A stretch of 63,068 nt of DNA, counting the filler, from Reclinomonas americana ATCC 50394 (Eukaryota): NCBI GenBank assembly GCA_048213135.1. It is 8 parts of 3 records of this genome, joined end to end, with 100 filler letters (N's around TTAATTAATTAA, not from the genome) between each part and the next. Parts side by side here need not be neighbours in the genome. Positions count along the whole stretch, not along the records: positions 21,061 to 37,053 come from PS015405.1; positions 37,154 to 40,706 come from PS015406.1; positions 40,807 to 45,129 come from PS015406.1; positions 45,230 to 49,559 come from PS015406.1; positions 49,660 to 54,822 come from PS015406.1; 3 more parts are not named here. The stretch is one strand, 5' to 3'. A program made the translations under genes and the position numbers. The notes below the pieces were generated by a model. That model was given only the letters and a program-made list of their open reading frames with translations. It made no database searches and had not been told where the DNA came from. This document shows, piece after piece, positions 36,666 to 50,450 of this stretch (positions are counted from its first letter, which is position 1; each line of letters opens with the position of its first letter).

Positions 36666-36773
36666 ATGAGCGACGAGGCCGCGCACCCCACCGCCACTGA
36701 TGCGGACGCTGTCACCGCTGTCACCACTGCTGCCGCTGCTGCATCACCTGTCGCTGCATCAGCAGACTCTCAG
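36666..36773 (+). CDS. First exon of an unknown gene divergent from NLR copy 3
   Basis: MSDEAAHPTATDADAVTAVTTAAAAASPVAASADSQ followed by a GT donor; remainder lost at linker. Confidence 0.55.
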
Positions 36774-36823
36774 GTGTGGGCACAGTCAAGGCAAGAGCTC
36801 TCTTCGTGCCTCATTCACTGCTC

Positions 36824-36900
<77 letters not shown>

Positions 36901-37684
36901 GTGTGTGTGTGTGTGTAGTAGTCGTGTGTCGTCGTCCGTCCGTCCGTCCGTCGTCGTCGTCGTTCGTTCGTCGTCCGTCCGTCCCGTCCGTCCGTACCGT
37001 CCGTACCGTACGGTAGGTAGGTAGGTACGTTCGTCGGTACCGTAACGTAGGTANNNNNNNNNNNNNNNNNNNNNNNNNNNNNNNNNNNNNNNNNNNNTTA
37101 ATTAATTAANNNNNNNNNNNNNNNNNNNNNNNNNNNNNNNNNNNNNNNNNNNNACTCGTGCAGCCACCCTCCGTGCGTCCAGTGGTTGCCGCCCCCGCGC
37201 ACGCCCCCGCCGCCTCAGCGCCCGCAGCACCAGCAGCGGCGTCCGGTTCCCGATCGCCGCCTCCACAGGCCAAGTGATCAGATAGCAGGCATAGCCTGTG
37301 CATCAGTGAATGCAGCTGCAGTGTGTTGCGAATTCACAGAACAGCGAGAGAGAGAGAGGGAGAGGAAGAGAGAGAGAGATAGAGTCTGTCTACTTTGTTC
37401 ACGAAAGTGACAAAGAGGCGGTCTGTTCTGACGTGGAGGGGACCGAGTTGTCTTCAGTTGGCCCGCAGTGTCGCCGTTTACATCAGCCAACAACAGTCTT
37501 GATGACCAAGTTCAACCGTATCCAAAACACCAACACAGACACCAATCTTGAGGCAGCAGCAGGTTCCTGTGTGTGCAACAACAACTTTACTAATCCAAAC
37601 AGCAGCAGCTGCATGATGATCACCATCTTGAGTGAGCACCAGAAACTCAGACATCACGGGAACACTGAGAGAAAGTCGAGATGG

Positions 37685-38155
37685 CTAATGCTGGCGTTTC
37701 TGCAAGAGAAACCACGTATTCGTTCTCGGAGCTCCGAACAAGTCGAGAACTGCGATCTTCACCACATAAGCGTGGTTGACCAGTGGATTTAACGCACTTG
37801 CATGCCGCATTGCGTTTTCTGCGATCGTACATGGCACATCGAGTTCGGAAAAAGGCCATAAGCCAGGCAAACAAGCAAAGCCGGGTCCGGATCCAAGAAA
37901 TCTACAGTTTGCAGAATTCGAAGTGCAGACGGCATTGGCGATCATGTTGGACAAAAAAAGAGGTGTCGCTGAGGCAAAGTCAGACGTTCTCAAAGTCTTC
38001 GCTTCTTTGTCAACCCTGTCCTTTGCTTTGGCAGCGCCTAATTTTGAAACCAGCTCGGTATCGATATCTTTCGGATTAGCTTTGCTTCCGTGCTCGGATC
38101 CGGACCAGGCTTTTGCACTGCAAGCCTGCTTTCTAACGAACGTTGTAAGTTCCAT
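37685..38155 (-). CDS. Hypothetical protein
   Basis: 156-aa ORF in non-repetitive sequence; no recognisable motif. Confidence 0.25.
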   Translation of the reverse strand: MELTTFVRKQACSAKAWSGSEHGSKANPKDIDTELVSKLGAAKAKDRVDKEAKTLRTSDFASATPLFLSNMIANAVCTSNSANCRFLGSGPGFACLPGLWPFSELDVPCTIAENAMRHASALNPLVNHAYVVKIAVLDLFGAPRTNTWFLLQKRQH

Positions 38156-38554
38156 TCACCACGACCGCAGAACACGCAGCGCTGAGCAACAATGGTGGAT
38201 CAATCGATCGACCGACCAATCAATTTCATTGTTCGATTTCGCTCTTGCAGTCGCAGTCAGCTGCTGCTTCGTTTGACTACGACTGTACTCTTCACATGTG
38301 CGTACTCTTTGTCGCAAACCAAGTCTCGCTACCCCAATCATCTTACGAAAAATATTGGGGACAAAAATGCATGACGTCATTGAAAAACGGCCACGAAATC
38401 CTAATTCTGTTGAAGTGCGAGAGAGTGCAACAGGCACTTGTCTTCGACGCTTGCACGCGCATAGGGAACACACACAGCACAGAGCCTCTCTCTCAAACAC
38501 TCCGTCTTCTCGAGTTGGCACGTTTTTGTGTGTGTGTGTGTCTCTCTCTGAGAG

Positions 38555-41500
38555 ATGTTGAATGATTTTGTTGAGGAGGATGAGGAGGTGATGCCGGGCG
38601 CTGTGCAGCTGGCAGAGATGAGCACTCGTTTTGCTGCTTCGTTGAAAGGTGAGCTGTGCTGAGTATGTGGCTGTGTGAGAGGAAGAGAGAGGGAAAAAGG
38701 AGAAGAGAGTTGGCGATCATTTTCAGGGTGGGTGGTGGTTGCAAGAAGGGAGAGGGAGAGAGGGAGGTTGAATGAGAGGAGAACGGAGGGAGGGAGGGAG
38801 AGGGAGGGACAGACGCGCTTCCTGGTCCTCTTCACCAATCTCTCTCATTTTTTCTGTCCTTGCCCCTCGCTTCCTTCTCCTATTGCAGCTCCATTGGTCC
38901 TTTCTCCCCCTGTCGCACTTACCTCTCACCTCCTCCTCCTTCTTGCCTCGCACTACCTCTGTCTCTTTCCTCTCGATTTCAGGTTCTTTGTTACTTTCTC
39001 TCCGTGTCTCCCTTCCTTCCTTTTCCTTTCTCTTGCCTTTCACCTTCTCTCTCTCTCACTCAATCGTCGCCTCTCTTCTCTTCTCCTTCTCTATGTCGTT
39101 CTCTTTCTCGCACCTTGCCTCGCCCTCGCTTCCACGTTGTTCCTTCCTTGTCTTGCCATTCTAAAACCTCAATTCTGTCTCGCCAACCTCACCATCTTCT
39201 TCTTTCCTCTTGTTTCCAACTTCCGTTCAGTTTCAGTGACTCTTACTTCTTCTTTTCTTCCTCAGTCCACATTCCCTCATCCCTTCACGCTGTCTCTGCC
39301 CACCCCTTTCCCATTCCAGCGTCTTTCTTTCCACCTCTCTCGTTTTCCCTTCCTTCCCTTGCCTGTTCAACCTGCCTCCTGCGCATCCACTATGTATCGT
39401 CATGCTGACTGGTCTTGTTCTGTCGCAGACCGCGAACAGGCCACTCCTCCGAGGACAAGCATCCCAGCGCCACCAAAGGTACTACAACCACTCCCTTCTC
39501 TTCTCCCCTCACCCTTCCCCCGACTCACCCTCTTCTTGATTCTCCCTTCCCCTCTTTCTTTCCCTTTATCGCAGTCCTCCCGCGAACACCGCAGCGGCTC
39601 CAACCGCCGCTTCCGAGGCGTTCCCCAAAAACTGCAGCGCGAACAAGCCTTTCTCGAGCGCGTCAAGCGCGAAACCGCGCGCGAACGTGAGGCCTCGACC
39701 GAACACGCACGTCGTCGCGTGGCCGGCCTGCACAACCTGCACTCCACCAACCCTTACGAGCCGCCAGCCCCGCTGCCGGCCGAGCCCGTGACGGCAGCGA
39801 CCACTCCGACCGCCGCCGGCGCCGACGCCTCCCTCAACGTCACGCTGACGTCGCAGACGGGGGCGGCACTGACGGCGATTCAGCGGCCACCCATTGTGCC
39901 GCGGCTGTCGCTGCAGGAGATGAAGAGGCGCGCCGAGGATCGCATTCACGAGCTACTGCAGCGCCCCGTGTCGACGCGCCGCCACAGCTCACCCACCCCA
40001 CCGCAGGCGGTGGTATTGCCGCCGCTGGCCGAGCATCCGTTCTTGTCGGTGACAGAGCCGGGGCAGCAGCAGCAGCAGCAGCCGCAGGGGGAGATGCGCC
40101 AGCTGGAGAGACCACTCACGCCACCGGCCACGGCTCCGTCGCGCCTCATGAGCTCCCTCCGCAGCGGTGCGCTGACGGCGCGAGAGACGAGCAACGGGCA
40201 CTACTTGCACCCGCTGCAGCAGACGCAACCGAATCCGCACCCCCATCCGCCACCACCGCCGCCACTCCACCAGAGTCAAAATTTCCTGTCACCGCGACCG
40301 TCGCCGTTGTTGCAGCGGCGGCAGCAGTTCGCGCCCAGTTCGCACGACGACGAATCGGAGCGGCCGTTCACCTCGCGCAGCGAGCCGGCCACGTTGGAGC
40401 TGTCGCCGGCGCCGTCGGAGGGCGGCAGCCAGTCGGGCATTATCAGCATGTTGCCACCGAGCATGGGACTCGGCAATCTGACGATTGATGCCGACGGCAA
40501 CGACGCGGCGCGTGTGTGGTTCCACCGCTTCCGCTCCAAGTTGATCAAGTGGAGTCAGCAGACGCACCATGCGTCGCAGGATGGACCCATGTCGCAACTG
40601 AAGCATTTGAAGGTGCGCATGATTGACGACAAGGGTGGTGTCACAGGCCGTTGCTCACTGTGATCTGTGCAGAGCTCAACGCTGCGCGCATTGGAGATGC
40701 AACAGANNNNNNNNNNNNNNNNNNNNNNNNNNNNNNNNNNNNNNNNNNNNTTAATTAATTAANNNNNNNNNNNNNNNNNNNNNNNNNNNNNNNNNNNNNN
40801 NNNNNNGCTCCCGTTAAGCTGTCACGAGCTGATGGATCTGCTGGCGGGACTCGTGTTTGATGCGCTCCGCGAGGAGCACCCGGACGGCATTGACGGCTCC
40901 AGCGAGGATATTCGTCTCGGCACGTTGACGTTGCGCACGACCGGCAACGAGGTGGCGGTGGTCGACCCGGAGAATCCCGACCAGGCGGTGGTTCTTGGCA
41001 GGATGAAGCGTGGTCAGTCGATGACCTCGGCGAGGAGTAATTCCACGTACGAGGCTCGGCCGGGCAGTCGTGGGCAGGCGCGGTCGGCGAGGGAGATGGT
41101 GAGGAAAGGAACAGGAGAGGGAAAGGGAAGGGAGAGGGATGGATGGAGGGGGAAGGAGATGGAGAGAGAGGAGAAGGAGATGGAGAGAGAGGAGATGGAG
41201 ATGGAGATGGAGAGAGAAGAGATGGAGAGAGAAGAGATGGAGAGAGAAGCAATGGAGACAGAAGGGATGGAGAGTGAAGAGAGGGAGAGAAGAGACAAGA
41301 GGGACATGGTGAGAAAAGAGATGGCGAGAGAGAGGAGTTGGAGACAGAAGAGATGGAGAGAGAAGAGACAAGAGAAGATATGGTGAAAGAAGAGACGGCG
41401 AGAGGGAGAGAGGAGATGGGGACAGTAGAGATGGAGAGAGATGAGAGAGAGAGAAGCTGCTGTAGTTCTGCTGCCGCGTGCACTGCTTGTCTTCATGCTT

Positions 41501-44500
41501 CGCCTGCTGCACACCACCTCGCACACTTTATTTTTGCTATCTGTGATCTTTCTGCCGCCCATTGCTTGCCATCACAAGTCGCCTGTTGCACACTAGCACG
41601 CGAATACTCCTTCCTGTGCGTGATCTTTCTGCCTCACGCACTGTTTGTTATCTCTCTGCACACCTGCACCAATGCTTTCTTTTCTTCTTCTCCGGACTCA
41701 TTGTTGGCTGGCAGATGCTTCAAACGCAACTCGACGAGGCGAGGCAAGCCATTGCTCGACGCGACAACCAGCAGCGCGCACTGCAGCAACAGATCGCTTC
41801 ACTGGACACCGAAGTGCAGATGTGGAAGCGTGTGGCTGGTAATTCATCGGATCATGGGCAGTTGCGGAGATTAAGAGCAATGTGCTGTCGTGTGACTGTT
41901 TCCAGTTGATCTGATGTTTTGTTGTGGATGCTTGCTTGTGTTCTTGTTATTGCTTGTTTGTCTGTGTTTTCGGGTGTGCCCTTTTGTGTGCTGTTTGCTG
42001 TTGTGTTTATCTCTGTCTGCCTGCGTTGTGTACACACATTGTCGCTTTGCGACTGTTCTTTGTGTTTAATCTCGTCATTTGCGACGATTCCTGCTGCATT
42101 TGCCGTGCCTCTCTCTACCCTTATCTCTTTCTTTGTATTTATGTGCATTTGTGTATGTGCCTGCGCGTGTGCTTGTGTCATGGAATGATTGTCGCTTTGT
42201 GTTTTTTCTTTGCTGTGTGCTGTGCTCTTTCTTCTCCGGGCGTATTCTTGTATGTATGCCCTTCTGTTCCTTGTCTGGTGCGCAGGGGTGCACTGGAGGC
42301 CGCACAACGCGAGTGCGCCGAAATACAGGCGGCTGCAAGAAGAATGGAGGAGCGCAAGCAACAGTGCGTCGTGTACCGCACCCCCGTGATTGTCGATTTT
42401 ACTCATCACTTCTTCACGTAGGCAAATTGAGACGCTCTGCATGCAACTCGAGCAGCTGCGCGCGTTGTATGTGAAACTGCGGTGAGTGGCTTTGTGCAAG
42501 GGGAATTTATCGCTATCAACTCACACTGTTGCTGCAGCGACGAGCATTATTCGCAAGATATTGTGTCACCAGTTCGCGATTTGGATCCACTGTTCTACGA
42601 CAGTGGCATTGAAGGGAGGAGGAAACCACTGGCTCGACTCTACAACGACTGCGTTGCGTGGTATTTCGGTTTTATGAAGGGAGTTCACTGCCGGTGCCGA
42701 CATTCTCCTGCCCTGTGTGCAGTATCACGCGTCGGCACAGACGGACGATCTCTCATTGTGCGACACGGACTTCACGACAAGGTATCGCGAGGAGATGACT
42801 GCAATGCAACATCGGCTCGAGAACCTCGATCGGAAACTGGTCGCCGAGAGGAAGCTGTATGAAGAGGTTTGGCAAGACGCTTGCTTCTCCGGTGTTTGTG
42901 CATCTGTTGCTTTCTTTCCCGTCTGGCACTCTGGCTTCTTTGTCTATTCTTGCGCCTTTCTCGATTTGCTTGCGCACTTGTGTTTCTGACTATTCATGCT
43001 TGTGCTTTTGTGATTGTGTTTCTTTCGCTTTCCCGCCTGGCACTTCAGTTTTATTTGTCTCTTCGCGCACTCGTGTTTCTGACCACTCATGCTTGAACTT
43101 TGGTGATTGTGTTGCTTTCCTCCCCGCCTGGCGCTCTGGCCTTTTTCTATTCTTTTGCCTTTCTGTGATTTGCTTGCGCACTTGTATTTCTGACCTCCAA
43201 TGCTTGTACTTCGGTGAATGTGTTGCTTTCTGTACCCGCCTGACACTCCTGCTTTTCTTGTTTGCTCTTGCGCATTTATGCGTTTGCCTTACGCACTTGT
43301 GTTTCTGACTATTCTTGCTTGTACTTCTGTTATTGTGTTGCTTTCTTTACTCCGCCTGGCACTCCGGTTTTTCTCGTTGTCATTGCGCTTTTGTGCGTTT
43401 TGCATGGCGCACTTGTGTTTCTGACTACTCATGCTTGTCCTTTGGTGATTGTATTGCTTTCTTTACTCCACCTGGCACTCCTTTCTCTCGTTTGTTCTTG
43501 TGCCTCACTGTGTTTGCATGGCGCACTTGTGTTGCTGACTGTTCCCTTCATGATCCGCAGGCACTGGCGGAGAAGGACACCCTCATCGGTCACCTTGAAG
43601 TCTCGACAATGTCCAGCATTCAGCGATCCTCGGACAATCGGGAGCACGTCGCACAATTGCAGGAGGAGCTGGCGCAGCTCGCTCCAATCTCGATGTTTCG
43701 TCGCCCCCGTCTGACTGCTTCTGGCAACACGCGTCTCACTTTCCCCCTTTGCAGACTCTCGCAACAGCAGCAGGAGCAAATCGATGCTCTCGGCAAGGAA
43801 CTGGCAGAGCTAAAGGATTTGTTGCAGGACACAGAAAGAGTTGCGACTGCAATGTCACCCTCCTTCATCAACACGCACTCACCACCGCCGAGCAGGAATC
43901 GGATGCCAAGGAGGTCGTCATTGCCAGCCTCAGAAACGAGTTGCAAGATTTGCGACGCCGTGACAAGGTCGAAATCAGCGGCCGACGACCGAGTGTCATG
44001 ATCCTCGAGTCTGATCTGCCGCCTCCACCGGTACGTTCTCTCAAGGGACGCACTCATAACCAACTGCGTTCCTCATTCTTCACCCACACTCACAGCGAGC
44101 ACAACCCTCGTCGCCACGCGCTCCATCATTCCGCATGCAAGTGCTGGCGAGTGAAGCCCAAAAGGCCACCCCGCCAAAGAAGAGCGACAGCGACCCGCCG
44201 ACGCCGTCGAGCAGGGTGAGCATGGCACGAAGAAAAGCTCTATTTTCCCTCTCCTTGTTCTTTCCAGTGCTTTGTTGTTTGTTTGCCTTGTTTGCGTGTT
44301 CAGAGTTTAATCTCTCTCTCTCTCTCTCTCCCTCTTTTCTCATCTCCTCTCCCCGTTCCTTCTTGCCCTCTCTCTTCTGTTTCCCTTGCTCTTCGTTCGT
44401 CCAAGTTACTTTGCCTTCCCTAGTATTCACTATGATTCCGCTGCAGGCCTCCTCCACGGACCAAGGCCGCGAGTCACCGTCGACACCACGGCAAGGGACG

Positions 44501-47003
44501 GACAGGGTGAGTGGCAACCCTTTAACTTGACCCGTGATGAGTTCCCGGCTCTCACATCTCCTCGTTATCGCAGCGCCGCTCGTCAATCTTCCAAGAGGTG
44601 ACACCCGGTGCCACCGCCACCGATGACGCCTTGCAACCGCTGTCGATCAGCACGGTGCCCGCCAGCGCCACCAAGAGCGAGGACTCGGACGAGGGATCCG
44701 AGCCAGACCCCACCGCCATCACCCTGCACGCCAACGACATGGACTCACCGGGCACGGACCGTCTGCGTCGCGTCACCTCGGACGAGGAGGCCAAGGGCAA
44801 CAAGGCCACGTGGTTCAAGAACAACCGCAAGGCGAGCATCGTGGTGTCGCAGAGGCGTGGTTCGGGAATGATGGTGTCGTCGAGTGCCGCGCTGCCCAAG
44901 GAGTCGTGTTTGGAGGGTGCGGCCACGCAGGATATGATTAGTCAGCTGGCCACGTGGATGGCGGCGCAGATTCAGGCGGCGTATTGGGGGGTGTTTTTGA
45001 GGAGGGCCCCGAGGTGAGCAAGAAATGGGAAAGGAATGGGGGGAAGGGTGATGGGGGGAAGGGGGAAGGGGGAAGGGGGAAAGGGGAAGGGGAAAGGGGG
45101 AAAGGGGAAAGGGGGAAAGGGGGAAGGGTNNNNNNNNNNNNNNNNNNNNNNNNNNNNNNNNNNNNNNNNNNNNTTAATTAATTAANNNNNNNNNNNNNNN
45201 NNNNNNNNNNNNNNNNNNNNNNNNNNNNNAGGTGGGGGGAAGGGATGCAGGGAGAGGCGAAAGTTGAAGGGAGAAGGGTGAAGGGGGAAGAGGTGAATTG
45301 ATGCAAAGGCAGAGTTGGAGTGGATGGAAGAAAGAGATACTACAAAGAGATCACAGCAGCGAGAGAAGAATGAGAGAGAGAGAGAGAGAGAGTCGGAATA
45401 AAATAGGGTGTGTTGAGAGAGAGACAGGAAAAAGAGTCAGGAAACGGAGAGAAAGATGACGTGAGGGATGTATGAGTGGAGACGAGGAGAGACAGAGTCG
45501 CGTGTGCGATTTCCACAAACAGTGGAGGAAAGTCAAATCTGCTTTGCGAGTGATACCGTTAGGTAGGCACATAGCGGTGCAGTGAAGTCTGCGTAGAGCG
45601 CAACAGAGATATCTGCGTAGAGTGCTGCTGTGAGATCTCCGTAGAGTACTGGAGTGATATCTGCTAAGAGTGCAGCAGTGAGATCTGCGAAGAGTGCAGC
45701 ACTGAGACGGTGAGATCTGCACTGAGAGATTCAGTCAGAGGCGAATAGTGATTGCAATTCTTGAATTATGCTCATTCTCTGTCCTCCCTCCCCTCGCAGA
45801 GACCCATTCGTGCTGCTGGAGGCCTCGAATGGACGCAGTGTGGGCGAGGAATTCCCCACCGACAAGGGCTTTGTCGGGCAGTGTGCGAATGGTGGCAAGA
45901 GTCTGATGGTCATGACGGCCGCAGAGGTTTGTGCCGAAAGCGATGCGTTCTCATCGAACATTCCTCTTACACCTCTGTCATCTTAGCACCCGGCCTATGT
46001 TGCCGAGATTGACAGCCGCCTGGGAGTCGAGAGCAACACAGTGCTGGCCACTTGCATGTCGCTTGCGCGGCGTGGTGCCTGTGCCGTGTTGCTCTTTGTC
46101 AACCGCGACAAGGGCATCACTGTTGCGTCGTCACCACCACCAGCCACTCTCTTTCATTCTTCTTGTGACTCACCTCCCTTCCCCCTCTCCTCCTTACAGG
46201 TTCCCTTCCTGGACGGCGAGCGCAAGATGGCAGAAGTGACGGCCTCGATGATGAGCAAGCTGCTCGACAATTCGCCACTGACACACGCGCAAAACGCGCG
46301 CCCCTCCTCCAAGGGTGGTGAGCGCGGTGGCAGTATCAGTGGACCCTCTGGCCGCCGTTCCACCCTCGTGGCACCCATTGATGTGTCCGAGTCGCATGAG
46401 GAAGGAGGCGGTGGTGGTGGTGGTGGTGGACTGGCTGCCAAGATGCGCGACCGTCGCTTCTCGACATACAGTAACTCACCTCGCCGACCCGTCTCCACCG
46501 GCACGATGGCGGGCGGTCTCGATGATGGACTGACTCCGAAGCCGGCGCAGAACATGGGCCGCCGACGGTCGATGATTCCGCATGCGGAGGTGGCGGTGCG
46601 ACGCTTCGGCAGCATGGTCGGCACGCCGAATTCGCATGCCTCGTCGTACCACGCGAACACGCCCGTCAGCGTGCAGCGGAGCAGCGTGGCCAGTAATCCA
46701 GTCGCCGCCGACCACGTGCCCTCGCCGGCCAGTGTCGCGACACCACCTGCCGAAGAATCGATTCCGGTGCCGGCGGCGGTGGTCCCCGACACCAACAAGA
46801 ATGCGCACCATCACGTGCGATTTGCCAACGGCGCCGCAATGTCCTCGCCGAAGCATTCGCCGCGGTCGGCGGTGGCACACGTCCGGTCGCCTCGTGCGTT
46901 CACGCGTGAAGCCAAACTCCGTAAGCGTGCTGCGGACCACTATGCGCAGGAGGATGATTCGCAGGCGCTGGATGCGTCGTCGCCCACGCATGAGGCGGTG
47001 TGA
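38555..47003 (+). CDS. Large multi-exon coiled-coil/low-complexity protein with a GAF domain (spans two linkers; may be more than one gene)
   Basis: Co-oriented GT-AG exons; coiled-coil exons (MLQTQLDEARQAIARRD..); GAF-like FPTDKGFVGQCANGGKSLMVMTAAE|HPAYVAEIDSRLG...VLLFVNR..PF at ~45800-46270; stop at 47003. Confidence 0.6.
42880..43540. repeat. Intronic ~100-bp degenerate tandem repeat (about 6 units)
   Basis: Recurring CTGGCACT...GCGCACTTGTGTTTCTGACT...GATTGTGTTGCTTTC. Confidence 0.8.
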
Positions 47004-47771
47004 GCGATGAGCAAAGGGAAAATATATCACATAATTGTTGTAAGCACAAAGGAAGGGGAGAAGGGAAAGGTACAAGGGAAAGGAATAAAGGGGAAGGGGG
47101 ATAGGGAAAGGGAGAAACGGTAAGGGGGCAGTGAGGGAAAGGAGGTGAGAGGGCAAGGGACAGTGAGGGAAAGGGAGTAATGAGGGCAAGGGGTGGTGAA
47201 GGAAAGGGACTAGGAGGGAAAGAGAGGGAAAGGGAAAGGGGGAAAGGGGAAAGGGGGAAAGGGGAAAGGGAAAAGGGGATGGAGAGGGCAAGGGGCAGTG
47301 AGGGAAAGGGACTTTGAGGGAAAGGGACAGTGAGGGAATGCAACAGTGAGGGAAAGGGAACGTGAGGGAAGGGGGTGGTGCTGGAAAGGAACAGTGAGGG
47401 GAAGGGACAGGGAGGGAAAGAGAGAGTGAGGGATAGAGAGAGAAGGTTTGCAACAGGGAGAGACAGGAACTGGAAGGGAAAGTGACTGGGAGGGAAACTG
47501 GACTGTGGGGGAAAGGGACAGTGAGGGAAAGGGACAGCGAGGGAAAGTGACTGGGGAAATGGGCAGTGAGGGAAAGGAGGTGGTAGGGGTAGGGAGGAAA
47601 GAGAGAGACGAGGTAAGGGGAAGGGAAAGTGAGGGAAAGGGAGTTCGGAACATTGCGTCCTGCTGAGTTCCATCACCTCGCTCCCATCCTCCACTCCTGC
47701 TCTCATACCGCACGCTTGAATGAGACAGAAAACAAATCTGCACACCTCTCTCGATCTCCCTTCTGTTGCAT

Positions 47772-49335
47772 TCATTTCCTTAGCGGCGTGGCCCCACTAT
47801 CCCCCAACAACGCTGCGGTGGGAGTGGTGCCGGCCGCCGCCTTTTCCCGCAACTTGCGTAACCGCTCCTCGGCCTTTTGCTTTTGTTGCTGTCGCGCCTG
47901 CAGCGTGCGCTTCTTGGCCAGCTCGGCCTCGGAGATGGTCTCCCGCAACAGCTTGCGCTTCTCCTCTCGCGCCGCGTCCTCGGCCGCATCGCGAATGCGC
48001 TCCTCCTCCCACCTCCTGCGCTTCTCCTCCATGGACTCCTCGTGTCGCGCACGCCTCCGCCTCCGACTCTCACTGCTGTCGCTGTCCGACTCGTCCTCCT
48101 CCTCGCCGCCACCCCCTCTATCATCGCCGTCACCGGCGCGGTCATGCCAGTGCCTTTGCGATCGCATTGGCAACTGCAGTGGCGGCTGCGCGTCGCGCTT
48201 CTCCACGAAATCCACCATGAATAGCTCGTCGTCGACACTGACGTCCTCGCCGCGCACGAGGCGGTCGTACAGCTCGGTTTTGGCCTTAAGCTTGGCGTAC
48301 GGGTCCACCTGCTCCACTTTTTCCGCTTCTGCGTCGCGCTGTTGGCGGTCGGCGACGCCGCGATTGGCGCCGCGGAGGGAGGGGTCGTAGACCGGCAGCG
48401 CGCCGGTCTTGTCGGCCAGGCGGAGGCGCAGGTCGCGGACTTGGGCGCCGGATTCGAGTTTTTGGCGTTTTTTGCGGGGGCCGGCTTGGCTTTCGAACAC
48501 GGCGGCCTGCGGAAGGGGAAGGGGGAATAGGAGGAGGAGGATAAGGGGAAGGGGGAATAGGAGGAGGAGGATAAGGGGAAGGGATGAGAAGGGGATATCA
48601 TGAAAGGGAAGGCATGAAAGGGAAGGCATGGAAGGAAGGCATGAAAGGGAAGGCATGAAAGGGAAGGCATGAAGGGGAAGGGATGAGAAGGGGGGCAAGG
48701 GATGAAGGAAAAGGGATGCGAAGGGGGCCAAGGATGAAGCAAGGAGAAGGAGAAGGCACACCAAGGAAGGGGAGAGCGACAACACAACAGCGAAAGAGGA
48801 AGTATGGCCAGGGGAAGAGGAGAGAGCTGCCACGCAAACGAGGAAGCAGAAGCAACGAGAAAAACAGGAAAAGGAGGGCGGGCATGATCAGCATGAGAAG
48901 GAGAAGCATAAGCAGAAGGACATAACGCGAAGTGAGCACAAGGCAACGGCAGAAGGAAGAGAGACAAGATAAATGCAACACATACATTGCGAACATCAGC
49001 ACATGAGATCACAAAGGGTGAGAACAGCATGTTAATGACTCATGGGATGAGGAAGAAGAGGATTATCGGAGAACAGATGCCGAAGTAGCTGAATGCGAAA
49101 CAGGCTCACAGCAGAGAACCTGTCAATAGTGACGAGCAAGAAAAGAATCGCAAGCAAGGACACTCAGAGATGAAGGAGACGTAATGCAGATACAAGAGCA
49201 GAAGGAGGACGAGATGGAGAACAAGAGGCAAGCAGAGAAGCAGAAGCAAGAGAATAAGTCAACACTGCATTCTCGACTGACCTTGAGTCCAACCGACGCC
49301 GACACGCCCTCAATCAGATGCCTCTTGCGTGGCAT
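47772..49335 (-). CDS. CCDC174: CCDC174-like protein
   Basis: Exons 49282-49335 (MPRKRHLIEGVSASVGLK) and 47772-48506 (NRGVADRQQRD..KLKAKTELYDRLVRG..FMVDFVEK), matching the family pattern as recalled. Confidence 0.75.
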
Positions 49336-49488
49336 GATGGTTGACTGGGCCAGCAAGCCCAAGTTGGTCACTTGCCTGCGGGAGAGATCGGAGTCAGTGA
49401 GAAGAGGCAAAAGGAGAGGGGGAATGAGACGAGAGAGGAGGGGCAAGGCATGTCATTCTGTTTCGCTCGCAGGGAAGAACACAGTCGC

Positions 49489-49523
<35 letters not shown>

Positions 49524-50450
49524 GAGGAGGAGGAGGAGGAGGAGGGTCTCTCTCTCTCTNNNNNNNNNNNNNNNNNNNNNNNNNNNNNNNNNNNNNNNNN
49601 NNNTTAATTAATTAANNNNNNNNNNNNNNNNNNNNNNNNNNNNNNNNNNNNNNNNNNNNAGAGAGAGAGAGAGGTGAGAACGAAGGCACAGAGTCTCTTT
49701 CCCTGTCTGGTTCTTGAGAGCCTCTCTCTCTCTCTCTCTCTGACTCAGAGTTGCACAAGAGAGTAATTGTTTGTGTCAGAGAGTCCAAGTCAATGCAGAC
49801 CGTTCTGGTCGATCGGGTCCCTCATAGATTACAGGTTTGGGCTTGTTGGAAGCCGAAGACGATGACGATGATGAAGGAGCGCTCATGCGGCCTTCGCTGT
49901 GATTGAGAATCGGAGGACACGCGCTCCGGGACGCGAAGTCTCGACTTGTGTGGGCATCAGTGCGCTTGAGAAGCGCAATGGGTTAAGCGGATGTGGAACG
50001 CTAAGTGGCTTCAGGCTGCAATACGAACAGAAAGGCCGCCGGTCATGTGCGAAGTCATCAGCTGACTTGAATTGCTGCATTGTCTGTCCGTTCCCTCCCT
50101 GACGACCATTCCTACGCCCTGTCTCCTCCTCCTCCATGTCAACCTTCTGTTCTCTCCCTCACCCCTTAGTCCCCCTTCTCCTCTTTCTCTTCCCCTGTCT
50201 CCTCCTCTTCTCTCCCTTCCACTCTCGCTCTCTCTTTCTATTTCCTCTTGCTCCTTCTCTTTTTCCCCTTCTCTCGTCTCTCCTTCGCCACTTCGTCCTC
50301 CTTCTCCTCCTTCTCCCCCACCGACTGTCATCAATCTTCGTTCACTTTTCGCGCGTTCCTCGCCATTAAATTCTGAGTCCAGTGGCTGCAAAACACTCTC
50401 TCCTCTTCGCCACCCATTTTTCTCCACTCCTCCTCTTCCACTTCTCTCGC

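Noticed and set aside
36900..37053. Odd GTCC/GTAC/GTAG quasi-repeat after (GT)n
   Set aside because: Sits at a contig end after a microsatellite and looks like pyrosequencing flow noise
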